Assembly (NCBI GenBank): GCA_038131245.1
Contig: JAYPPA010000009.1
Location: 6,215-70,214 of the forward strand
Direction: 5' to 3'
DNA length: 64,000 nucleotides
From: Rickettsia sp.
GTDB lineage: Bacteria > Pseudomonadota > Alphaproteobacteria > Rickettsiales > UBA1997
Shown here: in pieces, positions 48,074 through 58,358 of the stretch
Position numbering within the stretch: the stretch's first letter is position 1
Layout of the letters: each line of letters starts with the position of its first letter
The notes under the pieces: model-generated
Database searches by the model: none
Told to the model about the DNA's origin: nothing
Seen by the model: the letters and a program-made list of their open reading frames with translations, nothing else
Program-made: the position numbers and the translations under genes

Positions 48074-49099
48074 ATGAAACAAAACGAGTTAAACCCAAAT
48101 GTTATTCAGGATCTGGCTGAAGAATTGACTGAAAACTCTATACGCCCTACCCTAATCAAGGATTTCCTTGGTCAAGAAAAGCTCAAAAGCAACTTGTTGG
48201 TTTTCATTGAATCAGCAAAAAAAAGGAATGACACTCTTGATCATGCAATATTTTACGGACCACCGGGACTTGGCAAAACAACTTTGGCGCAAATAATTTC
48301 TAATGAAATGGGCTTTGGATTTAAATCAACTTCTGGCCCAGTAATCACAAAAGCTGGCGATTTAGCGGCAATTTTAACGAATTTACAAGAAGGAGATGTG
48401 CTATTTATTGACGAAATACATCGTTTAAATAAGAATATCGAAGAGGTTTTGTACTCAGCAATGGAGGATTATAAGCTGGATATTTTAATTGGCGAAGGGG
48501 TCTCTGCGCGTGCAATTAAGATTGATTTACCAAAATTCACTTTGGTTGGGGCTACGACTAGAATTGGCCTGATCGCAAATCCCTTGCGCGATCGCTTTGG
48601 GATTTTGATGAGAATCGAATTTTACAACGAAAAAGAGTTGGCGCAAATCATACTTAGGGACGCTAAAATACTAAATATTCAAATCGAAGATGATGGTGCA
48701 TTTGAAATCGCCAAAAGATCCCGTGGCACACCAAGAATAGCAATCAGACTACTTCGAAGAGTAAGGGACTTTGCATTAAATGATGGCAAAGAAATAATCA
48801 CCAAAAAAGCTGCAAATAGTTCGCTTAGCAAGCTGGAAATCGACCAGATCGGCTTAGATTCTAGTGATTTACGCTATTTGCGCTTTATTGCAACCAATTA
48901 CAGCGGCGGCCCTGTTGGAATTGACACAATCGCATCAGCAATTAGCGAAGAAAGAGACACTGTTGAGGATGCGATCGAACCTTACTTGATACAGCAAGGC
49001 TTTATTGAAAAAACCCCAAGAGGCAGAATGCTCACTAAATCAGCCTTTAAACATCTTGGCCTAGATGCAATAGCAGAAGGGGCAAATGACAATGAATAA
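48074..49099 (+). CDS. ruvB: Holliday junction helicase RuvB
   Basis: Motifs [17 protein letters not shown] and RGTPRIA. Confidence 0.95.
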   Translation: MKQNELNPNVIQDLAEELTENSIRPTLIKDFLGQEKLKSNLLVFIESAKKRNDTLDHAIFYGPPGLGKTTLAQIISNEMGFGFKSTSGPVITKAGDLAAILTNLQEGDVLFIDEIHRLNKNIEEVLYSAMEDYKLDILIGEGVSARAIKIDLPKFTLVGATTRIGLIANPLRDRFGILMRIEFYNEKELAQIILRDAKILNIQIEDDGAFEIAKRSRGTPRIAIRLLRRVRDFALNDGKEIITKKAANSSLSKLEIDQIGLDSSDLRYLRFIATNYSGGPVGIDTIASAISEERDTVEDAIEPYLIQQGFIEKTPRGRMLTKSAFKHLGLDAIAEGANDNE

Positions 49100-49143
49100 A
49101 CCCAATTTACCTTTAAAAGGTAATTAGGAATTGAAAATTGATT

Positions 49144-50367
49144 ATGAAAAAAATCTTAGTTATTATCACAGGAAGTATTGCCGCTTATAAATCACTGGAT
49201 TTGGTGCGCGATTTGCAAAAGAAATCTTACCAAGTTAAGGTGGTTTTGACAAAATCAGCACAAGAATTCGTAACAAAATTACTGGTAAATTCCTTGGTTG
49301 GCAAGGAAAATGTGTATACCGAGCTTTTTGACGAGTCTGACACGATGACACATATTAGCTTATCTCGAGAGGCAGATCTCGTGGTGGTTGCTCCTGCCAC
49401 TGCGAATTTTATTGCAAAAATGGCCAATGGTTACTGTGACGATTTGGCTTCGACCGTAATTAGCGCTTGCAATAAAAATGTACTAGTCGCCCCAGCAATG
49501 AACGAGAAGATGTGGAAAAATGCTGCAAATGTTGAAAATGTGACCAAACTTAGGAAATCTGACAAATTCTTGATCGTGAATCCAGCTGATGGAGTTTTGG
49601 CTTGCGGTGAAGAAGGGGTCGGAAAAATGGAAGATATCGCCATAATTGCCCAGGAAATTGAAGATTATTTCGCAAAATCTATTTGCCTAGCTGGAAAAAC
49701 CATCATATTGACAGGAGGAGGCACCAGAGAGGCAATTGACAGTGTTCGCTATATCTCGAACAGTTCAAGTGGAAAACAAGCCGTAGAGATCGCTAAAAGC
49801 CTAAAAAAGGCTGGAGGCGATGTTAGATTTGTTGCTGCAAATATTGCGATTGAGACAGGTTTAGATGAAAAAAATGTTTACAGGGTCTCTTGCGCAGACG
49901 AAATGCTTGCTAAAGTCAATGATTTACTGACTGAATTTAGCAGCAAACTACAAGATGTGGTATTTGTTTCTTGTGCGGCTGTGGCTGATTATAGGGTGAA
50001 GGAAGTTTCCGACATAAAGCTTAAAAAAGAGAAAAATGACGAGCTAGACCTAAAATTGGTCAAAAATGTCGATATTTTAAGTACAGTTGCTCATTTAGAA
50101 AAAAGGCCGGGAATTGTTATTGGCTTTGCTGCTGAGGATGGAGAGGCTTTGATTGAAAATGCCAAGTCAAAGCTTAGCAAAAAAAATTGCGACTTAATTG
50201 TGGCTAATGATATCAAGGGTGGAGAAATTTTCGGCAGCGATCAATCTGACGCCTATTTTGTGACTAAGGATGGCGCTTTAAATCTTGGAAGGCTTAATAA
50301 AAAAGAGGTAGCAGAAAAGCTAGTCGCGCAAATTAAACACATCTACCAAAGTAAGTACGCGGAGTAA
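49144..50367 (+). CDS. coaBC: Bifunctional phosphopantothenoylcysteine decarboxylase/synthetase CoaBC
   Basis: N-terminal flavoprotein domain (ITGSIAAYKS, PAMN) plus a CoaB domain. The track TTG at 49138 is replaced by the ATG at 49144. Confidence 0.9.
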   Translation: MKKILVIITGSIAAYKSLDLVRDLQKKSYQVKVVLTKSAQEFVTKLLVNSLVGKENVYTELFDESDTMTHISLSREADLVVVAPATANFIAKMANGYCDDLASTVISACNKNVLVAPAMNEKMWKNAANVENVTKLRKSDKFLIVNPADGVLACGEEGVGKMEDIAIIAQEIEDYFAKSICLAGKTIILTGGGTREAIDSVRYISNSSSGKQAVEIAKSLKKAGGDVRFVAANIAIETGLDEKNVYRVSCADEMLAKVNDLLTEFSSKLQDVVFVSCAAVADYRVKEVSDIKLKKEKNDELDLKLVKNVDILSTVAHLEKRPGIVIGFAAEDGEALIENAKSKLSKKNCDLIVANDIKGGEIFGSDQSDAYFVTKDGALNLGRLNKKEVAEKLVAQIKHIYQSKYAE

Positions 50368-50716
50368 CCGGCTTGGCATTATAATTTTGCTCAATCAAAT
50401 TAGCAAAGGTAACATCATAAATCCTTTCTTGCTTTGAAGTAATCACGTAGTTTGGATAGCTATAATCATCAAGACACATTTTGTTACTGAGCAAAAGTTT
50501 GTTCAAAAGATTCACCTCTTCTTCATTCATCAACATATGTTTTTCGTCCATTCTGGCCGATTCGGTTTTTTTCACAAACTCACCTTCCACCTTAAAAAGA
50601 AAAGTATGGTTACTTGAAGAGCCAGAATTATATTTCTTAACCTTGCCATACTGCATAATATTACCAGCACAAGAGCTAAGCATAATTAAAGTGAGTAAAT
50701 AAGGTAAAACTTTCAT
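50333..50716 (-). CDS. Small lipoprotein, function unknown
   Basis: Signal peptide with lipobox (MKVLPYLLTLIMLSSC). Confidence 0.6.
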   Translation of the reverse strand: MKVLPYLLTLIMLSSCAGNIMQYGKVKKYNSGSSSNHTFLFKVEGEFVKKTESARMDEKHMLMNEEEVNLLNKLLLSNKMCLDDYSYPNYVITSKQERIYDVTFANLIEQNYNAKPVTPRTYFGRCV

Positions 50717-50791
50717 CGATTAGATCAACTAATAAATATTAACTAATAACAATATTAAGCGATACAAAAATAAATGTCAACGGGGTTTTAA

Positions 50792-50848
50792 AGAATTTTT
50801 GAAAAAAATGTTGACAAATTTGGACTTGACATGATATGCTATAATTAG
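50792..50848 (+). promoter_or_regulatory. Promoter-like block, copy B (two TTGACA boxes plus extended -10 TGcTATAAT at 50837-50845) with no ORF downstream
   Basis: agaatttttgaaaaaaatgttgacaaatttggacttgacatgatatgctataatt is a near-duplicate of 9461-9516. It points toward the 3' end of rplS. Confidence 0.4.
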
Positions 50849-51019
50849 AGGTTGGTGAATTGCCAAATAGTATCTAGTACTAATTTTATAATATAAAACA
50901 CCCCATTAAGAAAATAAAGAGATAAAAAATGGAGGCTTAAAGTAAGTGAAAAAACCTACAATACACACCTCCAGAATTAAGTAAGTATCTTTAAGACCAA
51001 ATTTTAAAGGCCTTAAATA

Positions 51020-51493
51020 CTACTCTTGATCAGAAGATTGTTTTTCAGCTTTTGCTGTTGCTTTTTTAGGGGTCACAGGTTTTTCTTCAGCTTTATCAGA
51101 AGAGTTATCTTGAGCAAAATCAAGTCTTTCCTTGATTCTAGAAGCTTTACCAGTAAGTTCCCTTAAATAGTAAAGTTTTGCTCTTCTAACAACACCTTTT
51201 TTCATAACTTCAATAGAAGAAACTAATGGAGAATGAGCAACAAATTTTCTTTCAACGCCAATACCAGAGCTGATTTTACGAACAGTAAAAGTCGCATTAT
51301 AGTTGTCGTCAGATTTAGTTTTAGCTATCACAACACCTTGAAAAGCCTGTAATCTAGTGGTTGCACCTTCGGTAATTTTGTATTTTACACTAACGGTATC
51401 GCCTACTTTGAATTTCGGAAAAGCCTCCTTTCTAGCCTCTACCGACTTTTTAGCTTGAGTATTTTCAAAATCTTGTATAATTTGCTTTTTCAT
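51020..51493 (-). CDS. rplS: 50S ribosomal protein L19 (with a charged C-terminal tail)
   Basis: Motifs [15 protein letters not shown]...[11 protein letters not shown] and FTVRKIS.GIGVER. Confidence 0.9.
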   Translation of the reverse strand: MKKQIIQDFENTQAKKSVEARKEAFPKFKVGDTVSVKYKITEGATTRLQAFQGVVIAKTKSDDNYNATFTVRKISSGIGVERKFVAHSPLVSSIEVMKKGVVRRAKLYYLRELTGKASRIKERLDFAQDNSSDKAEEKPVTPKKATAKAEKQSSDQE

Positions 51494-51518
51494 AATTTAA
51501 TGAATTAATTCTTTTTAG

Positions 51519-51929
51519 TTATTTTTTAGCTGCAGCTTTTGCTGGCTTTTCTTCGGCTACTTCTTCTTCGGCTTTTCTATCAACTAATTCCATGATAGCC
51601 ATGTCAGCCTTGTCCCCAGTTCTGAATCCACACTTTAGGATTCTGATATAACCGCCATTTCTACTTTCAATTCTAGGAGCAACGTCCTTGAAAAGCTTAT
51701 TAACGATTGACTCACTGCCAAGAATTGAGATTGCCCTTCTTCTGTTTGACAAATTGTCTTTTTTAGACAAAGTAAGAAGCTTTTCGATGAAAGGCTTTAC
51801 TTCTTTTGCCTTAGGCAATGTTGTTTTGATGAATTCATGCTCAACAAAAGCAATGGCAAGATTTCTTATCAAAGCCTTTCTATGTGCAGAATTTCTGCCT
51901 AATTTTCTACCTTTAATTCTATGTAACAT
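51519..51929 (-). CDS. rplQ: 50S ribosomal protein L17
   Basis: Begins MLHRIKGRKLGRNSAHRKALIRNLA; follows rpoA. Confidence 0.95.
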   Translation of the reverse strand: MLHRIKGRKLGRNSAHRKALIRNLAIAFVEHEFIKTTLPKAKEVKPFIEKLLTLSKKDNLSNRRRAISILGSESIVNKLFKDVAPRIESRNGGYIRILKCGFRTGDKADMAIMELVDRKAEEEVAEEKPAKAAAKK

Positions 51930-51961
51930 AACAAATAATTATTTATTTAATCCTATTTTGA

Positions 51962-52990
51962 CTATACTAGCTCTTTATTTTTAAGCTTCAAAAGGTCATC
52001 TAGGTTGCTAGGTGGCCAGTCTGGTAATTTCATACCAAAATTTAAGCCCATATTTTTTAGATTATCCTTAAGTTCATTCAAAGATTTTCTACCAAAATTA
52101 GCTGTTTTTAGCATATCTGATTCACTTTTAGTAACCAAATCACCAACATAGATGATATCTTCGTTTTTAAGGCAGTTATAAGATCTAACTGACAATTCAA
52201 GCTCATCAATTGTTTTAAGTAGATTCTTGTTGAATCTTGGCTCGTCTCCTTGCTCAGACTGAACTGGAGCATCAATTTTAGCAACATCAAAGTTGATAAA
52301 CACTTCCAATTGGTCTTGAAGAATTTTCGCAGCAACACCAAGAGCATCACGAGGAGTGATTGAACCATTAGTTTCAATATCCAAAACTAGCTTGTCATAA
52401 TCAGTAATTTGACCAACCCTTGAATTTTCTACTTTGTAAGCAACATTTTGAACCGGAGAGAATAAAGCGTCGATTGCAATAATTCCAACTTGGTCATTAT
52501 TTTTGTTTTGATCAGCACTTACATATCCTTTGCCAGACTCAACATTAAGCTGGATATCAATTTTACCACCTTGAGCAAGGGTGCAAATCAATAAGTCTTT
52601 GTTAGCAATTTCAACGCCAGCTGGAAGTTGAATTGAACCAGCATATACTGGACCTTCTTTATCAGATGAAAGTTTCAAAGTGCAAGAATCAGCAGTACTT
52701 TTAGTGATTGCTAAAGACTTGATATTCATGATGATATCAATAACATCTTCTTTTACTCCATCAATTGCACCAAATTCATGAAGTGCATTTTCAATTTTAA
52801 TTGAAGTAACTGCAAATCCAGTCAGTGAAGAAAGAAGGACTCTTCTAAGAGCGTTTCCTAGGGTGTTACCAAAACCTCTTTCAAAAGATTCCATAACGAA
52901 GGTAGATTTTCTAATATCGTCGTCACCTTCTTTGGTAACTATAGATGTTGGTTTTGTTAAGTTGTGCCAATTCTCTTTTAAAACTGTCAT
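51962..52990 (-). CDS. rpoA: DNA-directed RNA polymerase subunit alpha
   Basis: 342 aa. N-terminal domain plus C-terminal domain (ELSVRSYNCLKNEDIIYVGDLV). Confidence 0.95.
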   Translation of the reverse strand: MTVLKENWHNLTKPTSIVTKEGDDDIRKSTFVMESFERGFGNTLGNALRRVLLSSLTGFAVTSIKIENALHEFGAIDGVKEDVIDIIMNIKSLAITKSTADSCTLKLSSDKEGPVYAGSIQLPAGVEIANKDLLICTLAQGGKIDIQLNVESGKGYVSADQNKNNDQVGIIAIDALFSPVQNVAYKVENSRVGQITDYDKLVLDIETNGSITPRDALGVAAKILQDQLEVFINFDVAKIDAPVQSEQGDEPRFNKNLLKTIDELELSVRSYNCLKNEDIIYVGDLVTKSESDMLKTANFGRKSLNELKDNLKNMGLNFGMKLPDWPPSNLDDLLKLKNKELV

Positions 52991-53079
52991 ATTTTTTACT
53001 TTTAATTAAGTATTAAAACTGAAAAATTATTATTACTCCAAAATGCCTTCAGCTTTAGCATTTAGGATAAAAATCCAAA

Positions 53080-53475
53080 TTAAACTCTTCTTCTTTTAGC
53101 GGGTCTACATCCGTTATGAGGATGATAAGTTTTATCTGTAATAAGAGTAGCACCAAGTCCAGCAGCCTGAATAGCTCTAAGAGCTGATTCTCTACCTACT
53201 CCTGGTCCGGTTACTTCGATGCTAACGGTATTGAGTCCGTATAGCTTCATAGCTGTTTCTACTGCATCTTGTGTAGCAACTTGGGCTGCGTATGGAGTTG
53301 CTTTTCTAGAGCCTTTAAAGCCGTGCTTTCCAGCTGAAGACCAAGAAAGAACATTGCCTTGAAGATCTGCAACGGTAATTATAGTGTTGTTAAAACTAGC
53401 GTGAATATGCACAACGCCGGTTGTAACATTTTTCTTCTTTTTACTTCCTGTTTTTTTACTACTGTATTTAGCCAT
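53080..53475 (-). CDS. rpsK: 30S ribosomal protein S11
   Basis: Motifs [27 protein letters not shown] and ...HNGCRP.KRRRV. Confidence 0.95.
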   Translation of the reverse strand: MAKYSSKKTGSKKKKNVTTGVVHIHASFNNTIITVADLQGNVLSWSSAGKHGFKGSRKATPYAAQVATQDAVETAMKLYGLNTVSIEVTGPGVGRESALRAIQAAGLGATLITDKTYHPHNGCRPAKRRRV

Positions 53476-53486
53476 ATTATTTTTTA

Positions 53487-53867
53487 TTATTTAGTTGCTT
53501 TTTTCTTACCTGCAATAGCAACGCCTCTTCCTTTTCTAGTTCTGGCGTTGGTACTAGTTCTTTGACCCCTAACTGGAAGCTTTTTGACGTGCCTGATACC
53601 TCTGTAACAGCCAATATCAATTAGCCTTTTTACATCAGATGCAGTTTTTCTTCTCAAATCACCTTCCAATACTGGATACTCTTCTTCCAGTAAGGATCTA
53701 ACTTTTGCAAGAACATCTTCAGAGATGTCTTGAGTTCTTTTTTTAAGGTCGATTTTTAATTTCGCACATATTTTTTCAGCTCTAGTTTGACCTATTCCAT
53801 AGATATAGGTAAGAGCAATGACAAATCTTTTATTCTTTGGTATGTTTACACCCGCAATTCTAGCCAC
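53487..53867 (-). CDS. rpsM: 30S ribosomal protein S13
   Basis: Begins [14 protein letters not shown]...; also [17 protein letters not shown]. Confidence 0.95.
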   Translation of the reverse strand: MARIAGVNIPKNKRFVIALTYIYGIGQTRAEKICAKLKIDLKKRTQDISEDVLAKVRSLLEEEYPVLEGDLRRKTASDVKRLIDIGCYRGIRHVKKLPVRGQRTSTNARTRKGRGVAIAGKKKATK

Positions 53868-53880
53868 TTTTGGTTATATT

Positions 53881-54537
53881 TTAGTTATTATTATTCACTT
53901 TATCTATCAATTTTTGTAGAATCAAGGAGCTATATTCTACAGCATTGAAAGAAAAAATCAAGTCTTTTTTTTCATAAAACTCAATTAATTTTGAAGTTTG
54001 CTCGTGATACACCTTGAGCCTACTTCTAATGGTCTCTTCGTTATCGTCTTTTCTTTGCGAAAACTCAGTTGAACCACAATTATCACAAATTCCTTCTTTT
54101 TTAGTCTTTTTAAAGAATTTATTGTAAATTTCTTGACATTTTTGGCAAAAAAACCTGCCAGAAATCCTTTTTACAACCTCTTCATCATCAATTTCGAAGT
54201 TAAAAACGATGTCAATTTTTTTACCTATTTCCTTTAAAGCAACTTCCAATTCCTGCGCTTGAGAGCTATTTCTTGGAAAACCATCCAAAATAAAACCAGA
54301 ATCGCAGTCTTTTTGACTAATTCTATTTTTTACAATCCCTAAAACTACCTCATCTGGTACTAAATCACCAGAATCCATATATTTCTTAGCCTCTAAGCCT
54401 ATTTTAGAGCCCTCAGACACTTCTTTTCTTAAAGCATCACCAGTTGATAAAACTGGGATATTAAACTCTTTAGAGAGCTTAGAACCCTGAGTTCCTTTTC
54501 CTGAGCCTGGTGGGCCTAATAAAATTATATTCCTCAT
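53881..54537 (-). CDS. adk: Adenylate kinase (zinc-lid type)
   Basis: P-loop GPPGSGKGT. Lid Cys pairs are CQKC...CDNC. Confidence 0.95.
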   Translation of the reverse strand: MRNIILLGPPGSGKGTQGSKLSKEFNIPVLSTGDALRKEVSEGSKIGLEAKKYMDSGDLVPDEVVLGIVKNRISQKDCDSGFILDGFPRNSSQAQELEVALKEIGKKIDIVFNFEIDDEEVVKRISGRFFCQKCQEIYNKFFKKTKKEGICDNCGSTEFSQRKDDNEETIRSRLKVYHEQTSKLIEFYEKKDLIFSFNAVEYSSLILQKLIDKVNNNN

Positions 54538-54538
54538 A

Positions 54539-54748
54539 GTGAACTACTTAATTCCTGTTTTTTTAGCTAACTTTTTAATTAAATTATTACTATAATTTAA
54601 TTAAAGCGAAGCCGTCGTCAGATCAATTCCTGCGTGTGCTCAAGTACCTTCGTACGATCCGCTACTCGGACTTGATCTTCCTAGAATTTAACTAAAAATC
54701 CTGGGAATTAAGATAAGTCCACTGTGAACTACTTAATTCCTGTTTTTT
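54539..54748. repeat. 25-nt perfect direct repeat (54539-54563 and 54724-54748) flanking a GC-richer insert of about 160 nt in the secY-adk spacer
   Basis: gtgaactacttaattcctgtttttt occurs twice, 185 nt apart. Copy 1 is the adk ribosome-binding region. The insert contains aagcgaagccgtcgtcagatcaattcctgcgtgtgctcaagtaccttcgtacgatccgctactcggacttgatcttcc. Confidence 0.8.
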
Positions 54749-54813
54749 AACTAATTTCGTAAATATATACTATTATAACAAATAAATATTAAAAAATCCA
54801 GTAAAAATTGCAC

Positions 54814-56094
54814 TTAACCTCTAATTTTTACTCTTCTTTTACGCGGTTTGTTATTATATTTCGATGATAAAATGTGCGATTGGATCTGATTTATGAGATC
54901 CATGACAACATTTACCATAATTAATATCCCTGTTCCACCAATAGTTAAAGGAAGCGAATATTGAGTAACTAGTACTTCTGGTAGAATGCAGATAATAACT
55001 AGATATATAGCTCCCAAAAGGGTTAATCTTGAGACAATTTTATTTAAATAAAGAGCGGTATTTTCACCTGGTCTTATACCTAAAATGAAGCAGTTGCTTT
55101 TTTTGAGATTTTCCGACACATCTTTACTGTTAAAAACAATAGTTGAGTAGAAAAAAGTGAAAAATACAATCAAAGCAGCAAAAATGACTAAATACAGGAA
55201 TCCACCCCTTGAAAGTGCCGATGTTATAAGGCTATCAGATGATCCGGTCATTTGTATGAATGCCGATGGGAACATGATAACGGAGCTTGCAAAAATTGGT
55301 GGAATAACCCCTGAAGCATTGATTTTAAGCGGCAAGAACGACGAATCTTGCATTCCAGACGACTTCATCATTGCGGCGTTGGAATATTGAATCTTGATTT
55401 TCTTGTAAGTTTTTTCAACGAAACAAATAAACATGAAAAAAGCCGCAAGTCCAACAAAAAAGATAATAACAGCTAAGGCTGAATAAACTCCAGTTCTTGA
55501 TAAATCGAACATTTGTGCAAATGTTGATGGTAGCGATGAAACTATACCTACAAAAATGATCAAAGAAATTCCGTTACCAATCCCAGAAGCAGTGATTTTC
55601 TCACCAAACCACATTAGCATCACAGTTCCGCCAACTAGACTTATACATGTAGTATATAGAAAAATATCAGATTCAGAGATGAAAATATTATCTTGAGCGT
55701 TGCTTAAGGCATAATAAACCCCGATTGACTGAAAAATAGCCAAAAATATGGTTAGATATCGAGTATATTGATTGATTTTTGCGCGTCCATACTGACCTTC
55801 TTTTTTTAACTCTGCCAAGCCGCTATACATCGAAGTTAGAAGTTGCATGATAATTGAAGCAGTAATGTATGGCATGATGTTAAGGGCGAAGATACTCATT
55901 CTTTCAACTGCGCCACCAGAAAACAGATTGATCATGTTAAACATATCAGCCTTGCCGCTTTCAAATAGGGCCTTTAAAACTGACACATCAATACCTGGAA
56001 TTGGAACAAAGGTTCCAAAACGGTATATAAGAAGTATCAGCAAAGTATATAGAATCTTGTTTTTTAGATCTGAATTACTTGATTGTTGAGACAC
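54814..56094 (-). CDS. secY: Preprotein translocase subunit SecY
   Basis: 426 aa, polytopic, in the conserved position after rplO. Confidence 0.95.
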   Translation of the reverse strand: MSQQSSNSDLKNKILYTLLILLIYRFGTFVPIPGIDVSVLKALFESGKADMFNMINLFSGGAVERMSIFALNIMPYITASIIMQLLTSMYSGLAELKKEGQYGRAKINQYTRYLTIFLAIFQSIGVYYALSNAQDNIFISESDIFLYTTCISLVGGTVMLMWFGEKITASGIGNGISLIIFVGIVSSLPSTFAQMFDLSRTGVYSALAVIIFFVGLAAFFMFICFVEKTYKKIKIQYSNAAMMKSSGMQDSSFLPLKINASGVIPPIFASSVIMFPSAFIQMTGSSDSLITSALSRGGFLYLVIFAALIVFFTFFYSTIVFNSKDVSENLKKSNCFILGIRPGENTALYLNKIVSRLTLLGAIYLVIICILPEVLVTQYSLPLTIGGTGILIMVNVVMDLINQIQSHILSSKYNNKPRKRRVKIRG

Positions 56095-56164
56095 TTTATA
56101 AAAATAATTTTAAAGTTTTAGAAAACTAACCAAAGTCATTTTCAACACACAATTGTCTCTTCTC

Positions 56165-56602
56165 TTAAGCGAAATCTTTAGCTTTGGCAGAATATTTATC
56201 AACTATGATTTTAACTTTCGGAAGATCAATTTTTTTGCCAGTCATAATTAGCTTGGTTTGGATTTTTTCATTTTTAATCAAACCAACTTCTTTAAGAACC
56301 TTTTTATCAATATCTTTTTTAGCATCAATCTTTTTAGAGTCAATCAAGGCTACGATATCTTTAATATTAACCGCAACAGTTTCTTTTGCTGTGACATTAT
56401 TAAAGCCTTTTTTAGGAAGTCTCATATAGATTGGAGTCTGACCACCTTCAAAACCTTTCACAGAATGATGTCCAGTTCTGGCTTTTTGTCCTTTAACACC
56501 TCTTCCGGCAGTTTTTCCTTTACCAGAACCAATACCGCGACCAACTCTTTTTCTACCTTGAGTTTTGATTTTCGGCAATGTATTTAATATATTCTCAGTC
56601 AT
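56165..56602 (-). CDS. rplO: 50S ribosomal protein L15
   Basis: Contains [24 protein letters not shown]. Confidence 0.95.
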   Translation of the reverse strand: MTENILNTLPKIKTQGRKRVGRGIGSGKGKTAGRGVKGQKARTGHHSVKGFEGGQTPIYMRLPKKGFNNVTAKETVAVNIKDIVALIDSKKIDAKKDIDKKVLKEVGLIKNEKIQTKLIMTGKKIDLPKVKIIVDKYSAKAKDFA

Positions 56603-56613
56603 AATATTTTTAT

Positions 56614-56814
56614 TTATGCTAGTTTAACTTCAACGATATGAGATACTTTGATAATCATACCCCTAATGCTTTCGTCACACACAAGCTCTTTAGATGAGCC
56701 AATTCTGCGCAGTCCAAGACCCACTAAACAGCCAAGCTGCCTTTTAGTAAGCTTGCAAGCGCTTCTTTTTTGAGTAACGATAACTTTTTTATTTAAAAAA
56801 TCTTCTAATGCCAT
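56614..56814 (-). CDS. rpmD: 50S ribosomal protein L30
   Basis: 66 aa. Contains VTQKRS....K.Q...L.GLGLRRIG; lies between rpsE and rplO. Confidence 0.85.
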   Translation of the reverse strand: MALEDFLNKKVIVTQKRSACKLTKRQLGCLVGLGLRRIGSSKELVCDESIRGMIIKVSHIVEVKLA

Positions 56815-56823
56815 AACTAATTA

Positions 56824-57432
56824 TTAATTATTTTCGTTTTTAGAGTCTTTTTTAGAACCTTTCGATCCTTCTTTTGACTCTTCTTTTGAAGTTTTTACAA
56901 TCCCTAATGCGCTATTTCTTTTTTGAACGATCTCAGAAATTTCTTTTGATCTTTTTTCAGCAACGCTTTTTGGTGATGCTAATTTTGCAATCGCATCAAA
57001 AGTTGCTCCAACCATGTTATATGGATTTGAAGTTCCAACTGATTTTGCTACGATATCATTAATACCAGCACATTCAAAAATTGCACGCATAGGACCACCA
57101 GCAATCACACCAGTACCTGGAGGGGCAGTTCTAAGGTAAACTTTTGCTGAACAGAAATAACCAGCAACATCATGGTGAATAGTGCGACCTTCTTTTAAGG
57201 ACATTTTAACCATTTTTTTCTTTGCAGCTTCAAATGCTTTGTTTTTTGCATCAGTAACTTCGACTGCGTTTCCTTTTGCATAGCCAACTTTACCGTTTTT
57301 GTCTCCAACGATTACCAAAGCAGAAAACGATAAATTTTTACCACCTTTAACGGTTTTCGATACTTTATTTACCGAAATGAGTCTTTCGACTAAATCACCT
57401 GCGCTGTTATTTTTAGCTTGTTGCTTTGACAT
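56824..57432 (-). CDS. rpsE: 30S ribosomal protein S5
   Basis: Motifs VNKVSKTVKGGKNLSFSALVIVGD and GTGVIAGGPMRAI. Confidence 0.95.
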   Translation of the reverse strand: MSKQQAKNNSAGDLVERLISVNKVSKTVKGGKNLSFSALVIVGDKNGKVGYAKGNAVEVTDAKNKAFEAAKKKMVKMSLKEGRTIHHDVAGYFCSAKVYLRTAPPGTGVIAGGPMRAIFECAGINDIVAKSVGTSNPYNMVGATFDAIAKLASPKSVAEKRSKEISEIVQKRNSALGIVKTSKEESKEGSKGSKKDSKNENN

Positions 57433-57456
57433 TATAATTAAAGTATATTTTGTTAA

Positions 57457-57801
57457 TTAAAATTCTAATCCACTTTCACGGCAAGCTTCAGCCATAGCTT
57501 TAACTCTACCATTATAGTTGTAAACTCCTTTTTCGAAAACTACTTTAGTAATTTTCTTTTCTTTGCATAATTTTGCGAATTCTTGACCGACTTTTTTAGC
57601 CTTTTCAATTCCGCTCAATTTTTCATCACCCTTAAGATTTAATGTTGAAAAAGATGTTACAACATTTCCACTTAGGTCAAGTAGCTGAGCATGAAAATTC
57701 TTGTTTGACCTTGCCACAACGATTTTATGTCTTTTGCTCTTGTTGTTTTTGTCAATTTTAGAGCGAACTCTTAATTTTCTTCTTTCGTAGTTATTTAACA
57801 T
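57457..57801 (-). CDS. rplR: 50S ribosomal protein L18
   Basis: Conserved position; ...YNGRVKAMAEACRESGLEF. Confidence 0.9.
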   Translation of the reverse strand: MLNNYERRKLRVRSKIDKNNKSKRHKIVVARSNKNFHAQLLDLSGNVVTSFSTLNLKGDEKLSGIEKAKKVGQEFAKLCKEKKITKVVFEKGVYNYNGRVKAMAEACRESGLEF

Positions 57802-57809
57802 ATCAAAAA

Positions 57810-58346
57810 TTATTTTTTCTTACCTTCTTTACGAAGAATAACTTGCCCTTGCTTCTTAACACCTTTACCTTTATATGGTTCAGGTTTTCTAAAAGCAATA
57901 ATTTCAGCAGCAATTTGTCCAACCTGAACTTTATCAGAACCAGAAATTTTGATTAAATTAGGTTTTTCAAATACAGCTTTAATGCTCTTAGGAATTACGT
58001 ATACAATCTCATGGCTATATCCTAAATCAAGTATTAGAAGATCGTTTTGCACAGAGGCTTTGTAACCAACACCATTGATCTCAAGAACAGTCTCAAAATC
58101 CTTAACCATACCGCTTACGATATTGTTAATGTTACTTCTGTTCATACCAACAAACATTGAAACTTTTGGAATTTTTTTGTCAATAGCGCTAAGCTTCAAC
58201 TCTTTTTCCTCAAGAACAGCTTGAACGCCGTCACTAAGTTTGTATTCATTTTTTATTTTACCGTTATCAAAGCTAACAATATTGCCACTAATTGTGACCT
58301 TAATGTTGTCTGGTATTGTAACTGGCAATTTTCCTACTCTAGACAT
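57810..58346 (-). CDS. rplF: 50S ribosomal protein L6
   Basis: Begins MSRVGKLPVTIP; C-terminus contains ...PEPYKGKGV. Confidence 0.95.
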   Translation of the reverse strand: MSRVGKLPVTIPDNIKVTISGNIVSFDNGKIKNEYKLSDGVQAVLEEKELKLSAIDKKIPKVSMFVGMNRSNINNIVSGMVKDFETVLEINGVGYKASVQNDLLILDLGYSHEIVYVIPKSIKAVFEKPNLIKISGSDKVQVGQIAAEIIAFRKPEPYKGKGVKKQGQVILRKEGKKK

Positions 58347-58358
58347 TTTTCTTATTAA

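Noticed and set aside
54566-54723. tRNA, small ORF or gene remnant inside the secY-adk insert
   Set aside because: There is no T-loop (GTTCGAATC-like) or cloverleaf. The only open stretches are 20-30 codons without start codons and without recognisable similarity.
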